DNA of 64,000 nucleotides from Adineta vaga (lineage: Eukaryota; Animalia; Rotifera): NCBI GenBank assembly GCA_021613535.1, contig CP075493.1, positions 1,922,001 to 1,986,000 on the forward strand. The letters run 5' to 3'. Positions 1-11,623 of the stretch are shown piece after piece (within the stretch, counting starts at the first letter, position 1; every line of letters begins with the position of its first letter). A program made the position numbers and the translations under genes. Under the pieces are notes generated by a model. That model did no database searches, was not told the origin of the DNA, and worked only from the letters and a program-made list of their open reading frames with translations.

Positions 1-919
1 AATGAAGCTGCTGTTATTCCTAGTCGTACAATTCTTAGTAATAGTCGTAGTATGAGTCAAAATTCTTATTCAACCAATAGTGATTATGATTATGGACCGA
101 ATGGAAATACGAATATGCCAGCTTATCCTTATATACAATGTGTAGCTTATATAAACAAAACTCATTCACAAAGGTAAAGATTTAGTAGGAATTTTCCATG
201 AAATTTTATTTTATTTTTTCTAATAGAATCAATCAAGATCTTCGTTCATGGGTACAAGATCATTCTGAAAAACAACAAAATACGCAACCTGTAATTATTC
301 CTGATCCAAAATCTCTTACAATTAAATCGAATTCTGTCGTTGAACCTTTACATCATACAACAAGAAAAGTTGCTCGACAAACAAAGTGTGTATTGAAATT
401 TTTTGAGAGAAATTTTTTGAAAATTCTTTACTAAATTTAGAATACAAACGGATAATAAAGGTCAACTTCAACCATATAAAACATATGAAGCTAATTATGA
501 TGATTTTATTCATTCATTGGATCGAAAAAACGATACATTATATTTTGTTTCCTTCAAACGAGTATGTCATTACTTTCGATTGTAAATTTTCAATAAATTC
601 GTTCTTCTCTATTTTCAGGATCATCTCATTCTCCCAGCTAATATACAAAACCAAACTCAACGACCAAAAATGTCCTTGATATTACCAGCATCAATGGCCA
701 ATTTGAATAGTATGTTGCAAATATTCTATTCTTATTTTATTTCACATATATTTCATTTTAGAATCGATTCATGTTCCAACAAATCATGTTCCAATGATTA
801 AAATCGATTGTGAAGTTGAAGATACCAAACTTGTTTTTGTTAAACGTACTCACATACCTTCATCGTATAGAAATGACTTATTCGAATATTATTCATCGGT
901 ATCACAAACGACGATTTAA
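1..919 (+). CDS. ATF6: ATF6 (ER stress bZIP factor), luminal C-terminal part; 5'-truncated by the window edge; 5 exons visible
   Basis: Spliced translation gives PSRTIL (RxxL site-1-protease-type motif), CVAYINKTHSQRINQDLRSWVQDH, YDDFIHSLDRKNDTLYFVSFKRDHLILPANIQNQTQRPKMSLILPA and MIKIDCEVEDTK. These match the conserved ATF6 luminal blocks (DTFYVVSFRRDHLLLPA...RPKMS...MQIDC). TAA at 917-919. Confidence 0.9.
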
Positions 920-1388
920 TCTGAATGTATAGTTGTTCAAATTTACTCTCTCATTTGTTTTATCCCTGAAAAAGACAACATGTATCGTTTTCAAATAATT
1001 CTTCTTCTTTGTTTTTTCTTGATCTAATGAACTGTATATTATATATACATTTATATGTATTCAGTTTTTGTGTTTATATTTTTATTTAAAAAATAACGTT
1101 TTGCCCGCTATTTTTTTTCTTTTACTTTATTTTTATCAATCGAAAAGGATTCAGACATCTATTGCAAGTATGCAGCTGTGACGATCATGAGAATGTGTAT
1201 TAGGTACATTCGATATGTTACGACAACAAGGGGTTAAAGGTCATATTCATTTCAACATAGTTCTGTTTCTTTTTTTTTTATCACAAACCATTTGTTTTCA
1301 CGAGATTAACGTATTCATCTTATATAAAAACAGACGTAAATAATGGCATATATTTCATTTTTTCTTCTCTATTCCAAGATTTCTTTCC

Positions 1389-2436
1389 ATGGCTAATACA
1401 CTTGACGAACTTCGTCAATCAACAATTATTGTTGCTGATACAGGTGATTTTGAATCTCTGAAAAAATATCAACCAACTGATGCAACAACGAATCCTTCAT
1501 TGATATTATCTGCAGCTAATATGAAACAATATGATCATATTATTGAAGATGTTATTAACAAATGTCGAGAAAAACATGGTTCAACATCGAATGAACAAGC
1601 AATTATTGATGATATTATGGATAATGTATTTGTTCGATTTGGTGAAGAAATTTTGAAAATTATTCCTGGACGTGTTTCAACTGAAGTTGATGCACGTCTT
1701 TCCTTTGATCGTGAAGGACAAATGAATAAAGCTCGACATTTAATTGAATTATATGAGAAACATGGTATATCAAAAGATCGAATTTTAATTAAATTATCAT
1801 CGACATGGGAAGGTATTCAAGCTGCAAAAGAATTAGAAGCAAAATATGGTATACATTGTAATATGACTTTGATCTTTTCATTTGCCCAAGCATTGGCATG
1901 TGCTGATGCTCAAGTCACATTGATATCACCATTTGTCGGACGAATTTATGATTGGTATATTGAGAAAAAAGGTAAACGTGATTATGAAATTGAAGCAGAT
2001 CCTGGTGTGGTAAGAAATGAAAAATATAATTTGGAATATTTTTGAAGAAAAAAAAACTGAATTTCTTTAGATGAGTGTTACACGTATTTATAATTATTAT
2101 AAACAAAATAACATTAAAACTGTTGTTATGGGTGCATCATTTCGTAATACAAAACAAATTGTTGGTCTTGCTGGATGTGATTTATTAACAATAAGTCCGA
2201 AATTACTTGATGAATTAAGTTCAAGTCAAGAAAAAATTCAAGTTTATTTAAGTAAAGAACGAAGTGGACATATACGAGATAAAAAATATGATCAAATTGA
2301 TGAGAAAACATTCCGTTGGATGTTAAATGAAGATGAAATGGCAAATGATAAATTAGCTGATGGTATACGAAAATTTGCAGTAGATGCACAAAAACTCGAA
2401 GATCTTATTCGAGCTCGACTTCAACAAAAACAATGA
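1389..2436 (+). CDS. TALDO1: Transaldolase; 2 exons (1389-2009, 2071-2436)
   Basis: Motifs [44 protein letters not shown] (Schiff-base Lys), ISPFVGRI and [12 protein letters not shown] intron at 2010-2070. Confidence 0.97.
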
Positions 2437-3978
2437 AAACTTTTATTCCAGTTTTTATCTTCTAACCTTATTGATTTCTTAGTTTTAAACATACTTCTAT
2501 CATAGAGTCTCTAGCAATAAATATACTTGAATTGATTTTCTTTGTATTTAAAACTTTCTATCACACAATAATTAAAGAAAGAATTGAATGAATGTTCTGA
2601 TTACATCTTCAAAAAAAAAAAATAAGAAGAAGAAGAAGATAATTGATCAATTAACATTTTTCTTGGGTTATAGTGAACTTCACTAAAAAGAATGACCTTG
2701 TATTTACTTTTCAGGAAAAAATAACTTTAGAAAATTCTTTTCTAAACAACAAGATTGATTGGCACATTCAAATCGAAGAACGTGTTAATCAAAAGAAAAA
2801 TAAAAATAAGTTTTTGAATCATTATATATAACATTATAAATCTCTAAGAGAAAATACTCGAATAAACGTCATTTACACAACTATCTGTAAAAATGTAATG
2901 AGTTTCAATTCTGTGTGTTGCAGCGAGACTCCATGTTTTAATTTTCCCTCGAAGTTTTATGTTCTCAAAGACTGAGTACAAGACTTTCTTCTCATTGCTT
3001 CAATTATTAGACAAGAGACAATTTCTGACGCCAATACTTTACTTATTTAAGAGCGACTATAATTTCTATCCCTGTGAAAGTATGTATTTGTTAATCTGTT
3101 CTAGTAATGAAAGAATGTGAGAACGGGAAGAGCGAATGAAATTCATTTCAAGACAATTTTACTTCTCGTTTGAAGAAACCTGAATGAAATCGTACAATAA
3201 TAAATATGATGTAACTGTTCATTTAATTTCAATTTCATTCATCTTTCTTTTTCAGTATCGATGAACACAAATCAAAACATTTCTTCACCTAACGATTAGA
3301 ATCAACTTATTCTTTTCCTTTCAACTAGCTCTAAGCCATTCACTACAATTGTTGTATTCAAAAGAAAGCAAAGGCGTATGAATAAAATCACACATAACAA
3401 GATTTCTGGCAGATAATAATGATATCAACATGGTAACGTCGAAATGAATCTTTCTGAACAAGTGAAACACGTTTTTTTCGAACATTTCCCAGGTAAATGA
3501 ATGAAAGAAAGAAATTTGTCAATATTCTAAACTTTTCTTTTTCAAATACGCTTAACTAAATATTTTTCTATCCTTTAATTCAAAACTAACAGAGTATCGA
3601 AGGCAAATGGTAAAGATGTGTTAATCACTTTTCTCTCTCTCTCTCTCGCTCTCTCTTCAAAACACATCGAATATTTACCTTTTTTCTTTTTCTCTGCAGT
3701 TAAATCTTCTCAGTTACTTCTACTACAATAACTACGATAAGTTAGATTTTATGCGTTGAAAAAAAAAACATAAAATTCTGTTTTTTTCTTTCTTAATGGT
3801 ACATACTGCACTTTTGTGTATATTAAAAAAAAATATACTAAATAGAAGTGGAAATCGTTGAGTAGTAAAAAGAAGGGGAAAAAAATCTTTTTGTACACTT
3901 AAACAAAATCATTTAATATTGATTGAGAGAAGAAAAAAAAACATTCAATGAGCAAAACGACGATTGACTAATGAATAA

Positions 3979-6900
3979 ATGGATGTATCGATGTTTAAAT
4001 TACCTTCAATTCTTCCTTCAAAAAATAATACTGATAGATCATTAAATGTTAAAATTGGTAGGTAAATGACATGAAGAAGAAAAGAAAAAGTGACAGTTTC
4101 TTTCTTTTCAAATTAGATTCCAATGCATATGAACAATGGCGTGCAAATATTCATCGAGAATTAGAAGAAGATCTTCAACGACAAGTACGAGAACTACTTG
4201 AAGAAACTGAAAGACAAGATCGCCTTAGTAAATCACAACGACATTCTCGACGGTAAGATAATCAAATCAATGTCATTATTGTCTATTTAGTTGTCCTTCT
4301 CCAAACCCACACATATACGCACACTTTTGAATAGATATTCATGTTCACTGCAATCAATAGAATTGGGTATCTGTCTTTAGAAATGATATCGAACATTTTT
4401 CTATTTCACAATCAAAACACACTTCTATTTTGAGAAAAAAAACTACTTCACTAATCAACAACAACACAAAATCAGAACAATATTTTAATTATATCTATAT
4501 TTTTGAGATTAGTAATCAAGTTGAAAGTAACTACTGTTAAGGTCATTTATCAAAAAAAACACATTCATTTAACTACTTTGAAAACTATTGATTGTCCTCG
4601 AGAGTAACTAAAACAAAATAAGTTTTTTCTTTTTTTTTCCTTTTTGTAAAAAAAGAGGGTGAATTTATTTGCATTTCCATCTCGTTACAATCGGAAACTC
4701 AAGAGAGATTGAAAGAAACCTTTGTTTTGTTTTCTTTCTATTTTTTGAATAAAAAAAAAGGAAAGAAAGTAAGACAACATCAACAATAGTCATGTCTGTC
4801 GTTTTTCGTATCAATGGTTTACATTTTTATTTATCTTCTCCATCACTCACTAGTTCTGGTCAATGTCCTCCATTACAACAAGAAGAATCTGTCGATAAAT
4901 GGAGTGAAATTGATCGTCGAAATGCACATGTTCTTCATCCATTGTATTCTAAACATTCTTCTACAGCACCAAAACGTTTTTCAACTTATTATCACGAATT
5001 TGAAAAAGATTCAAATAAATCATTCTATTTCGATTCTTATCATAGTTATCAGTCTCGACGACGATCATCACAACCACTTGATGATCAAAATCTTATGACA
5101 CCAAGTATTTATTTGAATAAATATATGAATAAACCATTGGCTATACCTACGATTACGGATAATACAACTCTTTTATTTGGAAATAGTATTATTAAATCAA
5201 ATAAAGCCGAAATTTTATGTACATTTGAAAGAAATGCATTGAATGGTGACAGTACAAATGTTTATGTGGATAAAAATGGAGTGATTATTACTGAAAATGG
5301 CCCATTTTGGCCAGAAACATTTCGCATTCTTCATCCAACACCGAAATTACTCAGTCGAGATTTAATTCAAGAAGAATCTTATCTTTCATCATCAGTATCA
5401 AGTAAAAAACCAATGACAAGAATTTCACTGTATAGACTTTTCTTTTTTCTCCTATAGATATTATCAATCAACAAACGTATGATAATCAACCAGCTATTTA
5501 TAAATATACTGAATCATTTAAACATCCAGTTATCGTTTATGATATGGAAAAAACAGCGAAAATTCAACCAATCAAATCGACAGATAATGAACAAATGTGT
5601 CCTGCATTAATATTTGAAGCACGATTTGAAAGTGGAAATTTACGACAAGTAAAACGTGTGTAAGAAACGAACAAATTCTTTGTTCTCTTGATTTTCTTTT
5701 ATGTCTTTTTTTTTCTTCGTCTTCTTCTCAAGCGGACAATTTGAATATGAACTTATTCTTCGAACAGATCTCTATACTCGACGACATACGCAATGGTATT
5801 ATTTCCGTGTACAAAATATGATTGCAAATATTACCTATCGTTTTCGAATTATTAATTTAATGAAAAAAAGTAGTTTATACAATGAAGGTAAACATTGAAT
5901 ATTCGTACAGAAAAAAAAGAAGACATTCTGATCAAAACAGACCGAACAAATCAATAATATAGTGGAGCATCTCTATAATGAATACCTCCTATCTGAATTG
6001 CCTATGTAAATTCTACGAAGGTACTGCGCTAAGGAGCATTCTTTGAATAGTCCCGTTAGTGTTCATCTTAGAGAAGTTTCACTATGAATCATTTATGAAA
6101 TAGGTATGCAAATTCTTGTTTATTCTGGTGTCGATGCTCGAAAACAATCTCGTGGTTGGCATCGTAGTGGTCATCATATAAATTATTCGGAATACAAACA
6201 ACGTTCTTATAATTCATTACTCGATCGAGATATAAATTATTATGAATTAGATTTTCAAATGGTATGTTATTGAAAACCTATTGTAAAAAAAAACTAAACA
6301 TTTATGCTTGTTTATTCTAGGAATTTGCACATTCGGGTGATACATGTTATATTGCACATTGTTATCCATATACATACACAGATTTAAAAGATGATTTAGA
6401 ATATTTATCTCGCATACGATCATGTGATGTTTTTCGTCAAGAAATTCTATGTGAATCACAAGCAGGGAATTCATGTTTCTTGATTACTGTTACAGATGAA
6501 TGTAAATAAGAGCATAGATTGATAATAATAAAAAAACGATCTTTTATTTGAAAATCATTTATTTTAGCTGTACCAATTAATAAAAAGAAATTTGTATTTA
6601 TAAGTGCACGAATACATCCAGGTGAAACAAATTCAAGTTTTATGATGCGTGGTTTACTTGAATATATTACATCCAATGATAAAATTGCTCAAGTAAATTT
6701 TTTCATTTGAAACTAATTAGACGAATATTTCTTGTTTAGAAATTACGATCACAATTAGTATTTAAAATCATTCCTATGTTAAATCCTGATGGTGTTATTG
6801 TTGGAAATTATCGTTGTTCATTAACAGGAAGAGATAAAAATCGTAATTTTCGACATCCAAGAAAACAAACATTTCCAATTATTTATCATATGAAAGAATT

Positions 6901-9334
6901 AATTCATCGATTACAAAAAGAAGAGCGTGAAGTAAAAGATTTGATTAATTCAAGAACAAAACGAAAGTTATCCTTTGTTTTATTTTAGATCTTAGCTTTT
7001 TGTGATCTTCATGGACATAGTCGAAAATTAAATGTATTTGCCTATGGTTGTGATGGATGTGATGGACCTGAACCCAATATGAAAGATTTTTTAGAAGCTC
7101 GTGTTTTACCATTTATTATGTCCAGAACAGTTAGAGGATTTAGAGTTTTTACAATGAATCATAACATTTAGTTTTTTTTCAGGCACCGGATATGTTCGCT
7201 TTTGATCATTGTAAATTTCATATACATCGTTGTAAAGAATCAACTGGTCGAGTTGTTATGTGGAAAGAAATGTCAATCAAAAATAGTTTTACATTGGAAG
7301 CATCCTTTGCTGGTTCGGGTATTGTGTAAGTAGTGCTAGTTTTAATTATATACGATTGTTAATTGTTCATTTGTAGTGAAAAACCATCGCATTTTAATAT
7401 GAAAGATTATGAAAAGTTTGGACAATATATTTGTCAATCTTTGAGACAATATTTAGATGTTATATCAGATTCATCGTAAGATTAAAAAAACTTTTTCTGA
7501 GAGATTCTATAAAGAAATTTCATTGTTTCTAGACGATTAGATTCGATTTATATGGATATAACAAGAGATATTGTTGTTAAATTAGATGAAGATCAAATTC
7601 CACCTGTATTATCAATGTCTTCCGATCCCGGTAAGTTTTCTCTTTTGTTAAATTAATCTTTAAATCTTATTTGTTTTTCTCTTCAGAAGAAAAACAAATA
7701 GTCACGTCCAAACCGGTTATTAAATCTGTTTCCAATTGTTTGGATATCTTAGCAAAATGTCATAAGTCAATCAAAGCACGAGATTCTTCTAGGTTGATTC
7801 TTTTCGAATTTTATCTCTATTGACAAAAAAACGAACTATGTGATTCGTTACTTTTTTAGTTCAAGTGATTCTGATAGTGATCCTGAAGGCGGAGAAATAC
7901 CCGAAGTAGTTATGCCAAAATCAGAACGTGTTCTAAAGAAAAAGCAGAAAAAACGAAGATCAGAAAAAGCAATTGAAGATCGCATTGAAAAATTGAATCG
8001 TAAACGTCAGGTAAATATTCAAATCTCTGATAAGTTTGTCAATTGTTTTTAACACATGTTTTTAATGCAAAAAATCTATTAATGAATACACTCACACTTA
8101 GGTGAATGATTGCAAACCTCTTAGTTTATCATCGCATAGATTGGTGAGAAAAACACATATTATTATTGATGTTGTACAATTCTTTCTTCGATTTTATTTC
8201 TTATCATTCATATGAAATCATCCTTCTTTCATTAGACTAAGGAGGAATTGGATAAACCTCGACAAATACGTATACCATATCCATTTGCATCGGAAAATGA
8301 TATAAATTCACAATTTAAAATGACATTTCCTGTCGATCAGGTTTTCATATATATCTATGTATCACAATAGTACCTACCTTGCTAACACATATATACATAT
8401 ATATATTCATTCGCTAAACGATTCCCATATGCTTATTTCGCTTTTCTTCTGTATATGATGATATTTCTATGATAATTTTCATTTAGACGGAAAAAGCAAA
8501 TCGACCATTACCAGAAAGAGGAACTTTATTTACAAGCAAATACGCTAATCGAACTGGATATGGTTTGCCAATTTTCACAACTGAAAGAGCATTTGAACGA
8601 AAATATCAGGTATGTAAAAGATAAGAAGAGCGTTATTTACTTTCATAAGTTCTAGTATTGAACAAACATCGAAATCTTTTCTTTTAGAAAAATCTCAATT
8701 CTGATTTGCAAGATATGAAGGGTGATCGACAAACGGTAATCTTTTTTCTTTTCAGAATAATTTCAACTCATATTTAAAATTCGAATTTCATTAAAACTTT
8801 TTATTTTAGACTGATGAACATGATACCGATCCTGAACAAGGTAATTCGATGAATTTCTTTTCAAAAGAAATTGAACATAACTTTTATTTAGATCATTATT
8901 TTACTACAACTCGTATCTCAAGATACGATCAGACAGCTATATTCGATCCAAATTTGAAAGCAAAACGCGCTACTTCTCTTATTTCATTACCAGAAAAACA
9001 AGTTCGGAAATCTTCGACGGAACATTTAATCAAAAGTGCACTAATACCACCGACAATCTCATCGAAAAGTTCTACTAAAAAACAATCACAACATCGTGCG
9101 AAACAATTCGATCCACTTGATACACCAATGGAAGTAACTTCTGGTCGATCCATACCATCACGTATAAAAATGCCACCTATAAATTCTAATTTTCGACAAT
9201 CATCTTCTCAAAAAGCTCACGGACAAAGTTTACCACAAACACTAAGTTCAATCGAATCGGAATGCAATGAATCAGTTAATCAACGTCTTAAACGACAGTT
9301 TAATTTATCAATTGATAAAACTAAACGAGTGTAA
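3979..9334 (+). CDS. Cytosolic carboxypeptidase (M14D tubulin deglutamylase), AGBL2/AGBL3-like; multi-exon
   Basis: Motifs FEARFESGNL, QWYYF, YPYTY, ARIHPGETNSS (HxxE), PMLNPDGVIVGNYRCS, CDLHGHSRK and FTLEASF, followed by the acidic SDSDSD segment. The start codon and the small 3' exons are inferred by eye. Confidence 0.88.
5960..6084. mobile_element. Degenerate non-autonomous MITE (Tc1/mariner-pogo-like ends) in an AGBL intron
   Basis: Left end atagtggagcatctctataatgaata and right end tgttcatcttagagaagtttcactat are inverted repeats, 20/26 identical. TA flank on the left, TG on the right. It sits in an unusually long intron (5889-6103). Confidence 0.6.
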
Positions 9335-9943
9335 ATTTTGTTTTATATCAATTTTCATTCATGCGTACTTTTGCCAATGTTATGTTATTAATTTCATTTC
9401 TTTTCCATCGCTTTTGTTTTGTTTTCTTTTCCATAATAAAATGTCGTTTTACTTGATAATCAAATATACTATCAATATGGTTGAATACAAACGAAGCAAA
9501 CTGTTCTCTCACAATTCTCGTTTTGTCTTCAAAACTAATAGATAAAAGAGCCTATTAATATCATTTTACTTTCCATTAAAATACACACATGGACAACAAA
9601 TGTCTATGTATGTTAGAGATAAAAGAATTTAATGGTACTACAATTTATGTCAATGAGACATGTCAATTGTTCTTGTATAACAAATCATTACATTAATTAA
9701 CCAATTCAATTACAGTACAATTTTGGTGTTAAGAAAAGAATTTCTTCTCTGTTCATATGTATATATATATATATAAATCAAAGAATTTCTATGAAACATT
9801 TATAGTTTATTTATCATCTGATATATCATGTAAGTATCAATCAAAATCTTTCTTGAATAACAAAAATAAATGCTCCAATCGAATTTTTTTTTCTCTCACG
9901 AGCTCACGATATCTTTTTTCCTATGATAAATAAATTCTCATCT

Positions 9944-10000
9944 AGCCAATCAGATATTCAATCTATTGAGTTAAAGAAAAAGAAAGATATGCATATAAAT
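9944..10000 (+). promoter_or_regulatory. Putative twist core promoter: NF-Y CCAAT box plus TATA box
   Basis: AGCCAATCAG at 9944-9953 and TATAAAT at 9994-10000, about 170 nt upstream of the twist ATG. A second CCAAT lies near 9875. Confidence 0.45.
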
Positions 10001-10169
10001 CTGTTGATATTCTTCCTTTTTCTCTTGTCATATCAAAGACGATTGAGTATAGTTCGAGATATTTGTACACATCAGGCTTAGATCAACATTATTGTGATGT
10101 CAAACACATGAATCTAATCGTTTACATCTGACTAAGTCAAATATTTCTCTCTTGTTCTTCTTCAGTTCT

Positions 10170-10820
10170 ATGGATTATCATTCTCATCGAACATTACTAA
10201 ATACATTGATTAAATCGGAATATTCTTTACGAACAATGAGTAGTGCTGGAAGTGAATCAAGTTTAAGTTCACCATCAACATCGATACTTATTGATGAAAA
10301 TGATGAACATCAACATAAACGTCGTTTAACACGTTTACAACGTCGATTAAATCATCATCCTTATTCTTCATCATCAAAACGTCGACGTCATCAACAAGAG
10401 CAACAAGAACATTCACAACAGCAACAACAACAATTATTGTCACATGATGATGTTCAAAATCAACGTGCAATAGCCAATGTTCGAGAACGACAACGTACAC
10501 AATCGTTAAATGATGCATTTGCTCATCTTCGTTTAATTATTCCAACATTACCATCAGATAAATTATCAAAAATTCAAACATTAAAATTAGCAACACGTTA
10601 TATTGATTTTCTCTATCAAATTCTACATAATGATGATCAACCGAATGTTCAATTACAAAATGATACATCACTAAGTCAATCCAATGAACGAACATTAAGT
10701 TATGCATTTAGTGTTTGGCGAATGGAAGGTGCTTGGTCAACAAATGGTAATACATCAAATGAACAACAGACAACTTTAGATGATATGCCATATTCGCCTG
10801 ATGAATATCAAGACAATTAA
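10170..10820 (+). CDS. twist: Twist bHLH transcription factor; intronless CDS
   Basis: b[54 protein letters not shown] and C-terminal WR motif [17 protein letters not shown]. First in-frame ATG is at 10170. Confidence 0.97.
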   Translation: MDYHSHRTLLNTLIKSEYSLRTMSSAGSESSLSSPSTSILIDENDEHQHKRRLTRLQRRLNHHPYSSSSKRRRHQQEQQEHSQQQQQQLLSHDDVQNQRAIANVRERQRTQSLNDAFAHLRLIIPTLPSDKLSKIQTLKLATRYIDFLYQILHNDDQPNVQLQNDTSLSQSNERTLSYAFSVWRMEGAWSTNGNTSNEQQTTLDDMPYSPDEYQDN

Positions 10821-11623
10821 CATGTGTCGATTTCTTTCTTTCTTTCTTTTTAAACTAATAATTATAACTTTCTCTCATCCTCTTGTTGTTCTTTTTTTGT
10901 TCTTGTAAAGATCTAAAGTATTGGCGTATTTTCCTTGTCTTGTATCCTGCAGAGATAGACTAAAATGAATTATTACAATCAAATCTTTTCTTCATAGATC
11001 ATCGAATAGATATTGAATGTTTCAAAGATTTTATTGAACTAAATTTTCTTCCTAATCAGATGAGTCGTGTGTTGATAAGTCAATTGAAAAAGATAAGCAC
11101 TTGTTTATAGAAGTGAAAATGAAGATGATTCGATATATGAGTAAAGGCATACGCATGTCGAAGAAAAGATAATATAAACATCGGACATTAGAATACGAGA
11201 AATGATATACAGATGTGTGAATTGTTAGTCACATTCGAATGTTGATTAGAAAAAAAAGAACGAAAGTGCTACTGTGTTTGTGATTTATATAAAAATGTTC
11301 TTTTCAGTTTCATTGATGTTTTTTTTTATGTCGTTCCAGTTCATTACAGATTTCTATTTTGAAGAAAGGAAATAAACAAATGTTTTCATGTAATTGAGAC
11401 ATTGATTTTGTTTATATGATCAATTGATATCAAAATGCAACTAGACGACAATGATCATTGATCAAGTAAATGCAAATAAACTATATGACAATAAACTCAT
11501 GAAATATTTTCTGATGGAAAAAGAAACACATCAAATTTCTTTCATCTTTTTCAACATACTGTGTTGATCAAATGAAACATTTGAATAAACAAATACATGG
11601 AGTGAGTAAAAGAGATTTCTTCT

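Noticed and set aside
905-919. C-terminal TTI as a PDZ-binding motif
   Set aside because: The gene is ATF6 and this end is luminal.
1389-2436. Transaldolase (or the intronless PIG-X at 30506-31144) as a horizontally acquired gene
   Set aside because: Both look like ordinary eukaryotic family members with host-like composition. Low intron count alone is not evidence; a phylogeny would be needed.
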